From the NCBI GenBank assembly GCA_964512145.1, contig CAZEIM010000008.1, forward strand, positions 19,201 through 78,100: 58,900 nucleotides of DNA. The letters run 5' to 3'. Both the position numbers and the translations under genes were made by a program. Under the pieces are notes generated by a model. The model had not been told where the DNA came from. It saw nothing but the letters and a program-made list of their open reading frames with translations, and did no database searches. Shown here in pieces: positions 28,630 through 38,274 of the stretch (positions are counted from its first letter, which is position 1; every line of letters begins with the position of its first letter). Source of the DNA: an uncultured Flavobacteriales bacterium. Its GTDB lineage: Bacteria > Bacteroidota > Bacteroidia > Flavobacteriales_G > JALEGO01.

Positions 28630-31437
28630 TTAATGTATAATTACCTTTTCTACTTTTAGCAACCTATTTTCGTGCATAAATACATAGGTATATACTCCTT
28701 CTGATAATCTCTGACAATCTAGGGTATTTAATCCTTTTTTTAAAGTTGCGTAGCCATGTTCTCTTCCTAACATATCTAAAATATGTACGCTTAGATTTTC
28801 ATAATTCTCAAAAATATGAACATATTGTATATCATTACTTGGATTAGGATAAATAAATATTTCTTTTTGATATGCTAAATCCGTACTATATGTAATTATC
28901 TCATTTTGATAGTTTAATGCTGCAGAGTCCGAAATTTCTTCTAGTTCATTTAAAGAGTTTCCTGCTAATAATGCAAAAACCACTTGTTGACTATCGTTGG
29001 GGGCTATAAAAAAGGGGCCAGCTGAAACAATATGTGAAACATCATTTCCTACTAAACCTCCTGCAGTAAATTTTGGAGTTGATAATGCCTCGTATTTTTC
29101 GGTTATTGTAAAGTTATCGGTTATATCTATCCCTCCTGCTCCTCCGCTTACATGCTCAAAAGCATAGTGATTAAAATTACCATTCGGACTTATTAAACGT
29201 ATGCCGGTGTACATAAAAGGTGCTGAAACATCCCGGTACACATATCCCAAATTCTTTAAAAGCTGTGTAGCCGATTTGTTTTCATAATAATTACCAACAT
29301 CCCAATCGGCATAAAGCCCTACAAATAAATCTTGTATTGGACTTCCTCCTGTGTTTACCAACGTATACTCCATTAAAATATAGTTTGTATGCCCGGGAGT
29401 ATTCCAAGCATAGGTTTTATGGTTAATTTTTACAGGAATAGAACCTAAAGCAGCAATATTATCGTTAAATGTTGTATGTACATCCATAGATGAAATACCT
29501 GGTGTCTGTTGTTTAACTAATTCTAACGCTTCAAAATCCATATCGTGTAAGCCAGATTCGGAACGAATAACATTAGAAACTTTTCCGGGTATACCTACCA
29601 TCAAGCCTCCTTCAAATAGTAAATTTGCTCCTCCTGAAGTATACGGATATACAAAACCTAATCCTTGTTGTTGAGAGGCAAAATCATTATAACCAAACAA
29701 ACCTCGACTAGTAACTGTTGTGCCGATATCATTTACAGTAATGTTAATATAGTCTCTGTGTACAGAAAAGGTAATGTTTTCCTCATGGATATAGACCCCA
29801 TCTGAAATGCTAACGGTTAAAGTTACGGGAGTATTTAAAGGAACACTATTACTCATGAGTATTTTCCAAGGAGAAGAAAAATTATTTTTAGTACTGAGGG
29901 TGTTTATAATTCCAAAATTTTGTGTAGGATTTAAAATAGATATATAAGGTGATGCGCTTGTGATCGTAACATTGCAATTACCAGTTACAGCTAAATAATT
30001 GATGTATTCTATACTAAAAAACGCTGTATCTCCGGGAGTAAAAACATCCCCTAAATAATCGGTTAATATATACTCATTTATTTCTAATGCAGGGCCCGGA
30101 TATGCATTTTGCATGGCGTTAAACAAATTAATTCTTCCATAACCAAGTTTTCCAATGTAAGTAGGGTTTTGAGCATCAATATTATCGCTAGTAATTTTAA
30201 GTAATTGTCCTACTTGCATAGAGGTTAAAAAAGGGAATTGAGATTTAATTAAAGCAGATGCTCCGGCAGCAATAGGCGAAGACAAAGAAGTGCCACTTTG
30301 AAAAGTATAACTATTATTATAATCGGTAGTATAAATGCTTTCTCCTGGAGCAGAAACATCTACCCAAGATCCATAATTTGAAAATGAACTTTTACTATCA
30401 TCTGTTTTGGTTGACGCAACATTCAAAACATAGGGGTATGCTCCGGGATAAAATATAGTTTCATTACCGTTATTTCCGCAGGCGGCAACAACTAAAGCAC
30501 CTTTATTAATACTAACATATTGAATAATATCTTTTTCAAAATCGGAATAACCGGGACCTCCCCATGAGCAGTTTATAAATTGACATCCCATATCGGCTGC
30601 ATAAACCATACCTTCATAACCATAAGAGATGGTTGAGCCGTTTCCACAACGTACGGGAAGTACTTTTGAATTAAATGCCGGAGCAGAAATCCCCATATTA
30701 TTATCAGTAGTAGCTGCAGCACAACCTTGTACTAATACTCCATGGGACCAAAAAGGCGATTGAGCATCGGGAGTATTATCATTATCTACAAAATCCCACC
30801 CCTGTATATTATCTATATAACCATCTCCATCATCGTCTAAACCATTTACGGGGTCATTGATATTGTATTTAACAGAAGATAGTAAATCTGAATGTAGCAA
30901 ATCTGTTCCGGTATCTAAAATACCAATAACGATATTAGAGTCTCCTTTAGAAAAATCCCAAGCTTGCTCAGCCTGAATTTTACCAATATGCCATTGTATT
31001 GGTAAATTTGGATCATTTGGGGTGTACGTTACTTTTCTAATAAGCTTTGGCTCAACATATTCGCAGGTATTTGTTTTTTGTATTTGCTGTATAATATTGA
31101 GCATATCTCTTTCTTCTGTTTCATCAAAATTTAGCTGATAAATTAGTTTTATATCGGTATATTTTTGATGCAATGCATTGTATATATTCCTTTTGGTCTC
31201 AGATGTAGGAAATTTTTGAAATAAAATATATGGTTTATCCAAAATATACTTATTGAATGCGTTCTCTAATACTGTGATATCATCATATGAACGAAGCTTT
31301 AATATAATTTTATTTGGAACATAATCTTCATTTGGTTTAAGTTGACCTGCTTTTAGTAATTCTAATATATGTGTACTACTACAAAAAACACTAGTGAATA
31401 CAAGTGTTAGTAAGGTGCTAAAAATATATTTTTTCAC
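28630..31437 (-). CDS. S8 subtilisin-like serine protease with T9SS type A CTD
   Basis: Catalytic triad ILDTG, SHG and GTSLS, oxyanion AACGN, an acidic DDDGDGYIDN insert, and C-terminal IYPNPS...GVYTY...KVII. Confidence 0.92.
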   Translation of the reverse strand: MKKYIFSTLLTLVFTSVFCSSTHILELLKAGQLKPNEDYVPNKIILKLRSYDDITVLENAFNKYILDKPYILFQKFPTSETKRNIYNALHQKYTDIKLIYQLNFDETEERDMLNIIQQIQKTNTCEYVEPKLIRKVTYTPNDPNLPIQWHIGKIQAEQAWDFSKGDSNIVIGILDTGTDLLHSDLLSSVKYNINDPVNGLDDDGDGYIDNIQGWDFVDNDNTPDAQSPFWSHGVLVQGCAAATTDNNMGISAPAFNSKVLPVRCGNGSTISYGYEGMVYAADMGCQFINCSWGGPGYSDFEKDIIQYVSINKGALVVAACGNNGNETIFYPGAYPYVLNVASTKTDDSKSSFSNYGSWVDVSAPGESIYTTDYNNSYTFQSGTSLSSPIAAGASALIKSQFPFLTSMQVGQLLKITSDNIDAQNPTYIGKLGYGRINLFNAMQNAYPGPALEINEYILTDYLGDVFTPGDTAFFSIEYINYLAVTGNCNVTITSASPYISILNPTQNFGIINTLSTKNNFSSPWKILMSNSVPLNTPVTLTVSISDGVYIHEENITFSVHRDYINITVNDIGTTVTSRGLFGYNDFASQQQGLGFVYPYTSGGANLLFEGGLMVGIPGKVSNVIRSESGLHDMDFEALELVKQQTPGISSMDVHTTFNDNIAALGSIPVKINHKTYAWNTPGHTNYILMEYTLVNTGGSPIQDLFVGLYADWDVGNYYENKSATQLLKNLGYVYRDVSAPFMYTGIRLISPNGNFNHYAFEHVSGGAGGIDITDNFTITEKYEALSTPKFTAGGLVGNDVSHIVSAGPFFIAPNDSQQVVFALLAGNSLNELEEISDSAALNYQNEIITYSTDLAYQKEIFIYPNPSNDIQYVHIFENYENLSVHILDMLGREHGYATLKKGLNTLDCQRLSEGVYTYVFMHENRLLKVEKVIIH

Positions 31438-31762
31438 GGGATATAATGGATAAAAAATAAAAATTCAAACATTTGAGATATTGTAAATAAAATTACAAAA
31501 AAATGTTGAATATTCTATGTATGCATTCCTTTTCATATCTTCTATGTAATAGGCACTGCTTTGCTTACAAGTTTAATCTTTCAATTCAAGTCATGATTAT
31601 ATTCAAAACTACCCTAAATCATCGGAACTAAATTTAATATCCGAAACACCTTATATCATAACAATGTAGTGTTTATCAAAAACTAATGATATTAAACAAC
31701 AAATCGAACATCAACTTTTTTGAGTTAAACTAAATTAGTATCTTAGTGCATATTCACAATAT

Positions 31763-33088
31763 TTGTTACAGGCTTTACAATATATAGGGCTAAAAGGCAG
31801 CAAGCTTACCATTCAAAAATTTTTTTTGTATTACTTTTTAGTTTTTTTTCATATTCTTATATTAACTCGTGTTTGGGCCAGTTCATTATTATTTGCTATT
31901 ATTTTACCGTTAGAAGATGTCTATACCCTAATCATTGCAGCATATATCGGGTATAAAGTATTGCGAAGAATAATGATGCGAAATTATCAAATAAATACCT
32001 TTCAGCTTTTTTTACTTATTCTATTTTTACCCATAATTCAGGTATGCTTTACCACCCATTATGAGTTCGGACAACCAATTTTATATGGTATTGCTGCTAT
32101 GTCTGATTATTTAAATTTATACGGTTGTTTGTTAATTTATGATTTGGTTAAAAATAAAAAAATACCCATCGAAGTAGTTGAAAACGCCTATTTAGGTGTA
32201 GCATGGTTAAGTTTATTGTTTTTTTATGCCATGTCATTATTTACTAATCCGGCTATGTACAGAGACACCCCTCTAGCTGCAGGAAATAGCATGAAAGGTG
32301 GAGCCGTTTATTATGGGTTTAATATGAGTATGATGTTTTTTGGAAGCGTATATTATTTTATAAAAGCATTTTTTAAAAAAAATTATTTGTACTTTCTGTA
32401 TAGTAGTTTATTTATCATTTATATCGTTTTCTTTAGATTTGACCGAACTGTAATGGCATTTACTTTTGGATCCATGGGACTATTTTTCTTATTATATGTT
32501 CCGGTACGCAAGCAATTTATTTTTTTATTCCAATTTATTCTTCCCGGAATTTTATTGCTCTTGATTGGAGCTGTAATATTCCCCGAAATATATGATATGT
32601 ACATTTTAATGTTTAAAGATATTGTCGCTACTATAACAGGAAACGAAGTAGAAGTAGGGAAAGAATCGGTTAGGGTATATGAAATGTCCGTAGCTAATAA
32701 ATTTTTAAGCACGGATAAAACTCTTTTATTTGGAAGTGGAAAAATAAGTAATTCTTGGGTTGAAGGAGGATTTAATTATTTTTATGGGTATTTTTATCCC
32801 TCCGATTTAGGTATTTTTGGAATGGTTTTTATGTTTGGAATCCCTGTTTCTTTATTAATATACAGCCAATTTTTACTAGCTTTTTATTGGATAAAAAAAA
32901 CTAAATCATTCAGGCAAAATCAATTTTATATGAGTTTAGTCTTTTATTTATTATGCATGTTTTTTGACTGCTTAACGAATGCATTTTTGGTAACATTTGC
33001 TGCACAAACCATGATTGTCATTTCGTTATTGCATTACTATTATTCTTTGGAAGTAAAGGATGCTAAAAAAGTACCTGTAAATCCTTAA
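31763..33088 (+). CDS. Polytopic membrane protein, O-antigen polymerase/ligase (Wzy/WaaL)-like
   Basis: About 10-11 hydrophobic segments and a late loop ESVRVYE...FGSG...YPSDLGIFG. Confidence 0.6.
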   Translation: MLQALQYIGLKGSKLTIQKFFLYYFLVFFHILILTRVWASSLLFAIILPLEDVYTLIIAAYIGYKVLRRIMMRNYQINTFQLFLLILFLPIIQVCFTTHYEFGQPILYGIAAMSDYLNLYGCLLIYDLVKNKKIPIEVVENAYLGVAWLSLLFFYAMSLFTNPAMYRDTPLAAGNSMKGGAVYYGFNMSMMFFGSVYYFIKAFFKKNYLYFLYSSLFIIYIVFFRFDRTVMAFTFGSMGLFFLLYVPVRKQFIFLFQFILPGILLLLIGAVIFPEIYDMYILMFKDIVATITGNEVEVGKESVRVYEMSVANKFLSTDKTLLFGSGKISNSWVEGGFNYFYGYFYPSDLGIFGMVFMFGIPVSLLIYSQFLLAFYWIKKTKSFRQNQFYMSLVFYLLCMFFDCLTNAFLVTFAAQTMIVISLLHYYYSLEVKDAKKVPVNP

Positions 33089-33936
33089 TTATGAGTACTT
33101 TGTTTGCTGGTAATAATTAACCATTCATCCACAAACCTTCTGCCCTCTTCAAAAATTCTATATCTAGTTTCTAAATTAGCTGTAGCCAGTTCAGGATAAA
33201 CATAAGTTTTGGCTTTAATAACATCACCAATACTTTGTATAACTTTTATATCGTGCGTTTTTGAAAATAATTTTTCTAAATCAGAAGAAATATGTATATC
33301 TAAAAAATCATGTGTTTCAATGATTAAATCGGTGTGCACTAAGTTTTCAATATTATCTTGTGTAAAAAGTAATTTTTCATAACCTTCGCAGTCACTTATG
33401 ATAAGGGACTTTTTTTCAAAAGTAAAATTTCTTAAAGTTGTTGCATCGCAAAAGGAATGTATGTTAATCCTACTTTCTACTCCATTTAACTTAGACATTT
33501 CATAAGTTAACTGCCGAGCCCTAGGTTCAACATCGTAGGCAAAAATTTTAGCTTGTGGAATTTTTAAGGCCAAACCTACAGCATAATAACCTTCCGCACA
33601 ACCTATATCTAAAATTTGATCGTATCCATGTTGAATTACTTTATTAAAAACTTCATGCAATTCTTTTTCATAACTACCCAGTAATTTTGAATATAATGAA
33701 CTATTTCTAGATTCAAATTTGGGATATTTCAACCCTTTAAACGGACCGCTTTTTACCGTTTTATCTTTAAATAAATCTTGTACGAATGCATCGGTGAGCT
33801 CTTCTTTTCTTTTTCGCTCAATAAGTTCACGTTGAAATTTTATTTTCCAAGTAAATCGTGAAAGTTTTTTAACCAAATTACCAATAAAGTCAATAGATAA
33901 AAATGCAATAAACAGTTTTTTCAAGACCTTTTTCAT
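33085..33936 (-). CDS. Class I SAM-dependent methyltransferase, FkbM-like
   Basis: LLGSYEKEL, ILDIGCAEGYYAVG and SDCEGYE. Confidence 0.8.
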   Translation of the reverse strand: MKKVLKKLFIAFLSIDFIGNLVKKLSRFTWKIKFQRELIERKRKEELTDAFVQDLFKDKTVKSGPFKGLKYPKFESRNSSLYSKLLGSYEKELHEVFNKVIQHGYDQILDIGCAEGYYAVGLALKIPQAKIFAYDVEPRARQLTYEMSKLNGVESRINIHSFCDATTLRNFTFEKKSLIISDCEGYEKLLFTQDNIENLVHTDLIIETHDFLDIHISSDLEKLFSKTHDIKVIQSIGDVIKAKTYVYPELATANLETRYRIFEEGRRFVDEWLIITSKQSTHN

Positions 33937-33940
33937 GAAA

Positions 33941-33948
33941 CAAATATA
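33941..33948 (-). promoter_or_regulatory. Bacteroidota -7 promoter box (TATATTTG) directly before the ATG
   Basis: CAAATATA on the + strand, ending 4 nt before ATG 33936. Confidence 0.5.
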
Positions 33949-34029
33949 CTCTCAATGAAATGAATAAAAAAACAACCCTATGGGAATTGATGGAATATTG
34001 TCTATTTTAGATTTTATTTTATTATTAAA

Positions 34030-34584
34030 ATGTCCCACAAAATATCTTTAAATATAAATAAAACTTGGACCTTGTTTTTAGACCGAGATGGTGTTATTAA
34101 TGTTAAAAAAGAACAAGGTTATATTGCTAAAAAAGAAGAATTTGTCTTTTTAGATGGTGCTGTTGAAGCTATTGCAAAATTAAACTCAATTTTTGGGATA
34201 ACAGTAGTAGTAACAAATCAACAGGGAATAGGAAAGGGTTTATACTCACACGGAGATCTTACGGAGATACATCAGAATATGTTACAAAATCTAAAATTGC
34301 ATGGGGCATATATAAATGAGGTTTATTATGCCCCACAATTAGAAAAGGAAAATCACATCATGAGAAAACCAAATATCGGAATGGCATTGCATGCTAAAAA
34401 AGATTTCCCTCAAATAGAATTCTCTAAATCTATAATGGTAGGAGATTCTATAACCGATATGATATTTGCAAAAAACTGTGGCATGTACTCTGTATTTATA
34501 TCAACCAAAAAAAAGAGACATTCAAACCATTTGGTCGATTATCAATTTTCTTCTCTCATTGAATTTTCAAACTCATTACTATGA
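34030..34584 (+). CDS. gmhB: HAD-IIIA phosphatase, heptose-1,7-bisphosphate phosphatase-like
   Basis: FLDRDGVIN, VTNQQGIG, RKPNIGM and MVGDSITD. Confidence 0.75.
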   Translation: MSHKISLNINKTWTLFLDRDGVINVKKEQGYIAKKEEFVFLDGAVEAIAKLNSIFGITVVVTNQQGIGKGLYSHGDLTEIHQNMLQNLKLHGAYINEVYYAPQLEKENHIMRKPNIGMALHAKKDFPQIEFSKSIMVGDSITDMIFAKNCGMYSVFISTKKKRHSNHLVDYQFSSLIEFSNSLL

Positions 34585-35873
34585 AATTACACTGGAAAAT
34601 ATTACTTGGAATGATTTTAGGACTAATTACAGGTTATTTGCTTAAAGTAAATGGATTTTCAGAGATTATTATCCATTGGATTAAGCCTTGGGGTGTCATG
34701 TTTTTAAATGCATTAAAAATGATTGCCGTTCCATTAATTATTGTTTCATTAATTACTGGTATAGCAGAATTAAAAGATATATCAAAACTCTCTAAAATGG
34801 GATTAAAAACAATTACTTTTTTTTTAATATCTACAGCAATTGCCGTTAGTATTGGGCTTTTTTGTGTTAACATCATTAAATCTGGCGCATTTATTAGTAG
34901 TCAAGCGAGCGAAAAATTAATGGCCGATTTTTCTTCCGATGCTCAACAAAAAATAATATCCGCCCAAAATCAACAATCTACCGGTCCCTTACAAATGTTA
35001 GTTGATATAATTCCTGATAATATTTTTAAAGCAACAACCGATAACGGAAGTATGTTAAAAGTAATCTTTTTCTCCTTGTTTTTAGGAATAGGATTAGTAC
35101 TAATAGACCCCGCAAAGTCTAAACCGGTTATATCATTTTTTAGTGGTTTAAATGAAGTAATCCTTAAAATGATTGATATAATTATGCTTTTCTCTCCTAT
35201 TGGCGTGTTTGCCTTATTAGCCGGACTTATGGTTGAAATTCCTGATTTTTCTATGTTAAAAGGTTTAATCATGTATGCTATAACGGTATTAATTGGACTA
35301 TCAACTTTATTATTTATAGTATATCCAACTGCTTTTTGGACATTTACCAAATATCATCCTAAAAGGTTATTTAAAGCGCTTCTGCCGGCTCAATTAGTTG
35401 CATTTTCAACTAGCTCTTCTGCAGCAACACTTCCTGTAACCTTAGAAAGAACAACAGAGCATCTGGGGGTAGACGAAGAGGTGTCTGGATTTGTGTTGCC
35501 CTTAGGTGCAACCGTTAATATGGATGGAACTGCACTATATCAAGCAGTTGCAGCAGTATTTATAGCACAAGTATTAGGTATTGAGCTAAGCACAAGCCAG
35601 CAACTAATGATAGTAGTTACGGCAACTCTAGCTTCTATTGGATCAGCTGCCGTTCCCAGCGCTGGTATGGTCATGTTGGTTATTGTGTTGGGGCAATTAG
35701 GAATACCTGAAGCCGGTTTAGCTCTAATTTTTGCTATTGACCGACCTTTAGATATGTTTAGAACAGTAATTAATGTTAGCTCTGATGCAACAGCAGCTTC
35801 TATTATTGCGCATAGCGAGGGTAAACTTAAAAATCCTCATGTAAAAAATTTAGATGACTTTTATAAAATCTAA
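34581..35873 (+). CDS. Dicarboxylate/amino acid:cation symporter (GltP/DAACS family)
   Basis: AFSTSSSAATLP, PLGATVNMDGTALYQ and DRPLDMFRT. Confidence 0.93.
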   Translation: MKLHWKILLGMILGLITGYLLKVNGFSEIIIHWIKPWGVMFLNALKMIAVPLIIVSLITGIAELKDISKLSKMGLKTITFFLISTAIAVSIGLFCVNIIKSGAFISSQASEKLMADFSSDAQQKIISAQNQQSTGPLQMLVDIIPDNIFKATTDNGSMLKVIFFSLFLGIGLVLIDPAKSKPVISFFSGLNEVILKMIDIIMLFSPIGVFALLAGLMVEIPDFSMLKGLIMYAITVLIGLSTLLFIVYPTAFWTFTKYHPKRLFKALLPAQLVAFSTSSSAATLPVTLERTTEHLGVDEEVSGFVLPLGATVNMDGTALYQAVAAVFIAQVLGIELSTSQQLMIVVTATLASIGSAAVPSAGMVMLVIVLGQLGIPEAGLALIFAIDRPLDMFRTVINVSSDATAASIIAHSEGKLKNPHVKNLDDFYKI

Positions 35874-35896
35874 TATTTCTGGATTATATATAATTG

Positions 35897-37468
35897 TTAA
35901 GAACTACAAGATAAAACTGAACTTCCAATCGTATGATCCGCCCACTCAGGGCGTAAAGTAAACCATGAATCATACTCAGGTTGCTCATCGTAAGGTTTCA
36001 AAAGCATATGTTTAAATAATTCAATCATTGTAAAATCTCCATCCTCAGCCTTTTGAATGGCTAAGTAACTCATATAGTTTCTTAATATATACTTTGGATT
36101 TGTAGAATCCATCCTTTCTTTTTTAATTTTAAATGGCAAATTTTCATCTGCTAATTGTGTCTGATATTTTTTTATCCACTCAATCCATTTATGTTTTAAC
36201 TCTAATGGTATTTCTTCCTCCTTTCTATAAAATGTATTTCGAAACTGTTTAAATATATTTTCTACACCGTCTTCTATGGTTAAAGAGGATAACTTTCTAA
36301 AAAAAATAGTATAATCTGCTTTGCTTTCAAACATTAAAGTCAGTAAATCCTGTAATAATTTTTTGTTATGTGCAGTATTATTTTCTATTCCAATTTTTTG
36401 CAACATCATACTCGAATATTTTTGCTCAAAATCAAGCTGAAAATTTTGCAAAATTTCTTCTAATATCTTCACATCTTCTATTAATGGATATAGGGCATTT
36501 GCTAATTGCAATAAATTCCATAAACAAATCTGAGGTTGTTTTCCGAAGGTATATCTTTTGGTATTAAAATCGGTGGTATTTGGAGTCCAATAAGGGTCGT
36601 ATTCCTCAAGCCAGCCAAAAGGACCATAATCAAGGGTTAACCCAAGAATCGACATATTGTCGGTATTTAATACTCCATGAACAAATCCAACTCGTTGCCA
36701 CTCTATAGCTAACAATAAGGTTTTTTGTGATAACATCTTAAAAAAATCAATATATTTAGTCTTTCCTGAACTATTTATTTCAGGAAAATATTCTTGAATA
36801 GTAAAATCAGCCAATTTTTTTAAGGTATCAACATCTTTTCTAGCAGTCAATATTTCAAAATTTCCAAATCGAATAAATGTTTCTGCTACTCTACAAACTA
36901 TAGCTCCTGGTTCATATTTGGTATTTCCGTCATACATCATATCTCTTTTTACTTTATCCCCAGTTGAAATTAACGTAAGTGCTCGGGTAGTTGGTACTCC
37001 TAAGTTAAACATGGCTTCACTGCACAAAAATTCTCGTACAGATGATCTTAACACAGCTAATCCATCGGCAAATCGGGCATAAGGTGTATCTCCTGCTCCC
37101 TTTAATTGTAATGTGAATTTTTTGTGTTGTGCGTGAATATCAAATAAATTAATAGCTCTTCCATCGCCTAGCTGCCCCGCCCACTGTCCAAATTGATGGC
37201 CCCCATAACACATGGCATAAGGGTTAGTGTGTGGTAAAATTATATTTCCGCTAAATACTTGTGTAAAATAATCAGAACTAAGGTCTTTAGTGGTAAAACC
37301 TAATAATTCTGCTAATGATTCTGAAGTTGAAATTAGCTTAGGTTTAGTGCACTTTTTAGGGTATACAAATGAAAAACAGGATCTATCCACCTGTCTTCGT
37401 TCGTTTCCCGAAACAGGGTCAGCGGGTAACTTAGAAACAAAATTGCTCGAGATTTTTTGTGAAAACAT
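35897..37468 (-). CDS. selO: Protein adenylyltransferase SelO (YdiU family)
   Basis: YGGHQFG..AGQLGDGRA, LKGAGDTPY, DGLAVLRSSVREFL, HGVLNTDN, DYGPFG and C-terminal CSS. Confidence 0.95.
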   Translation of the reverse strand: MFSQKISSNFVSKLPADPVSGNERRQVDRSCFSFVYPKKCTKPKLISTSESLAELLGFTTKDLSSDYFTQVFSGNIILPHTNPYAMCYGGHQFGQWAGQLGDGRAINLFDIHAQHKKFTLQLKGAGDTPYARFADGLAVLRSSVREFLCSEAMFNLGVPTTRALTLISTGDKVKRDMMYDGNTKYEPGAIVCRVAETFIRFGNFEILTARKDVDTLKKLADFTIQEYFPEINSSGKTKYIDFFKMLSQKTLLLAIEWQRVGFVHGVLNTDNMSILGLTLDYGPFGWLEEYDPYWTPNTTDFNTKRYTFGKQPQICLWNLLQLANALYPLIEDVKILEEILQNFQLDFEQKYSSMMLQKIGIENNTAHNKKLLQDLLTLMFESKADYTIFFRKLSSLTIEDGVENIFKQFRNTFYRKEEEIPLELKHKWIEWIKKYQTQLADENLPFKIKKERMDSTNPKYILRNYMSYLAIQKAEDGDFTMIELFKHMLLKPYDEQPEYDSWFTLRPEWADHTIGSSVLSCSS

Positions 37469-37656
37469 ATTGAATTTAGATGCATAAAACTAACCATTTT
37501 TTGGCACAAAAAGTTTAAATAATTTATCTTAATATACCTTGAATATTTTACCGAAAAATAAATTTTCACTTAAAATAGGATTTAACTCCATTAAACTATT
37601 TTTATGTATGATTATTTTAATATCTGATTTAACATACGTAGTAAGTATAAATATGT

Positions 37657-37664
37657 TAAATTTG
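37657..37664 (+). promoter_or_regulatory. Bacteroidota -7 promoter box (TAAATTTG) for ruvA-sprA
   Basis: TAnnTTTG 18 nt upstream of GTG 37683. Confidence 0.6.
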
Positions 37665-37682
37665 CCCCTTAAAATTTAATTC

Positions 37683-38270
37683 GTGTACGATTATATACAA
37701 GGCTCTTTTGCTGAAATCACCCCTGCAACTGCAATAATAGATATACAAGGAGTAGGCTATATTTTAAATATTTCACTACATACATATTCATCAATAAATT
37801 CCTTAAAACAAGGAAAATTATATACCCATTTAATTGTCCGGGAAGATGAGCATACTCTATTCGGATTTTCAACTCCCGAAGAACGGCATTTATTCAGAAA
37901 TTTAATAAGCGTTTCGGGTGTAGGCCCTAATACAGCTCGTATGGTTCTTTCCTCTATGCCTCCCAATGAGTTGGTTCATGCCATATTAACGGAAAATGTA
38001 GCTCTTATTAAAGCAGTAAAGGGAATTGGACCTAAAACTGCTCAGCGGTTAATCATTGAATTAAAAGATAAAGTTACTCAAATACAGTTTAACGATGAAA
38101 TATCAAAAAAATCTCCTTTAAACAATAATATTTATGATGAAGCGTTATCTGCATTGTTGGCCTTAGGTTTTAATAAAAACCAAGCCTCCGAAGTTATTAA
38201 AAAAGTGCTAAAAGATAAACCGGAAAGTACTGTGGAAAATGTAATTAAGTTGGCCCTAAAATTCTTCTGA
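37683..38270 (+). CDS. ruvA: Holliday junction branch migration protein RuvA
   Basis: GVGY, VRED..LFGF, HhH motifs VSGVGP and VKGIGPKTAQR, and ALLALGF. Confidence 0.96.
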   Translation: MYDYIQGSFAEITPATAIIDIQGVGYILNISLHTYSSINSLKQGKLYTHLIVREDEHTLFGFSTPEERHLFRNLISVSGVGPNTARMVLSSMPPNELVHAILTENVALIKAVKGIGPKTAQRLIIELKDKVTQIQFNDEISKKSPLNNNIYDEALSALLALGFNKNQASEVIKKVLKDKPESTVENVIKLALKFF

Positions 38271-38274
38271 TATT

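Noticed and set aside
31438..31762. 325-bp intergenic region examined for an ncRNA or riboswitch
   Set aside because: I could see no convincing stem, repeat or known motif.
35897..35910. Selenocysteine at the SelO C-terminus
   Set aside because: The protein ends CSS followed by TAA, not an in-frame TGA, so it is the ordinary Cys-type bacterial SelO.
37333..37569. 78-aa minus ORF overlapping the selO start
   Set aside because: It overlaps selO in another frame, lies in AT-rich promoter DNA and has no motif.
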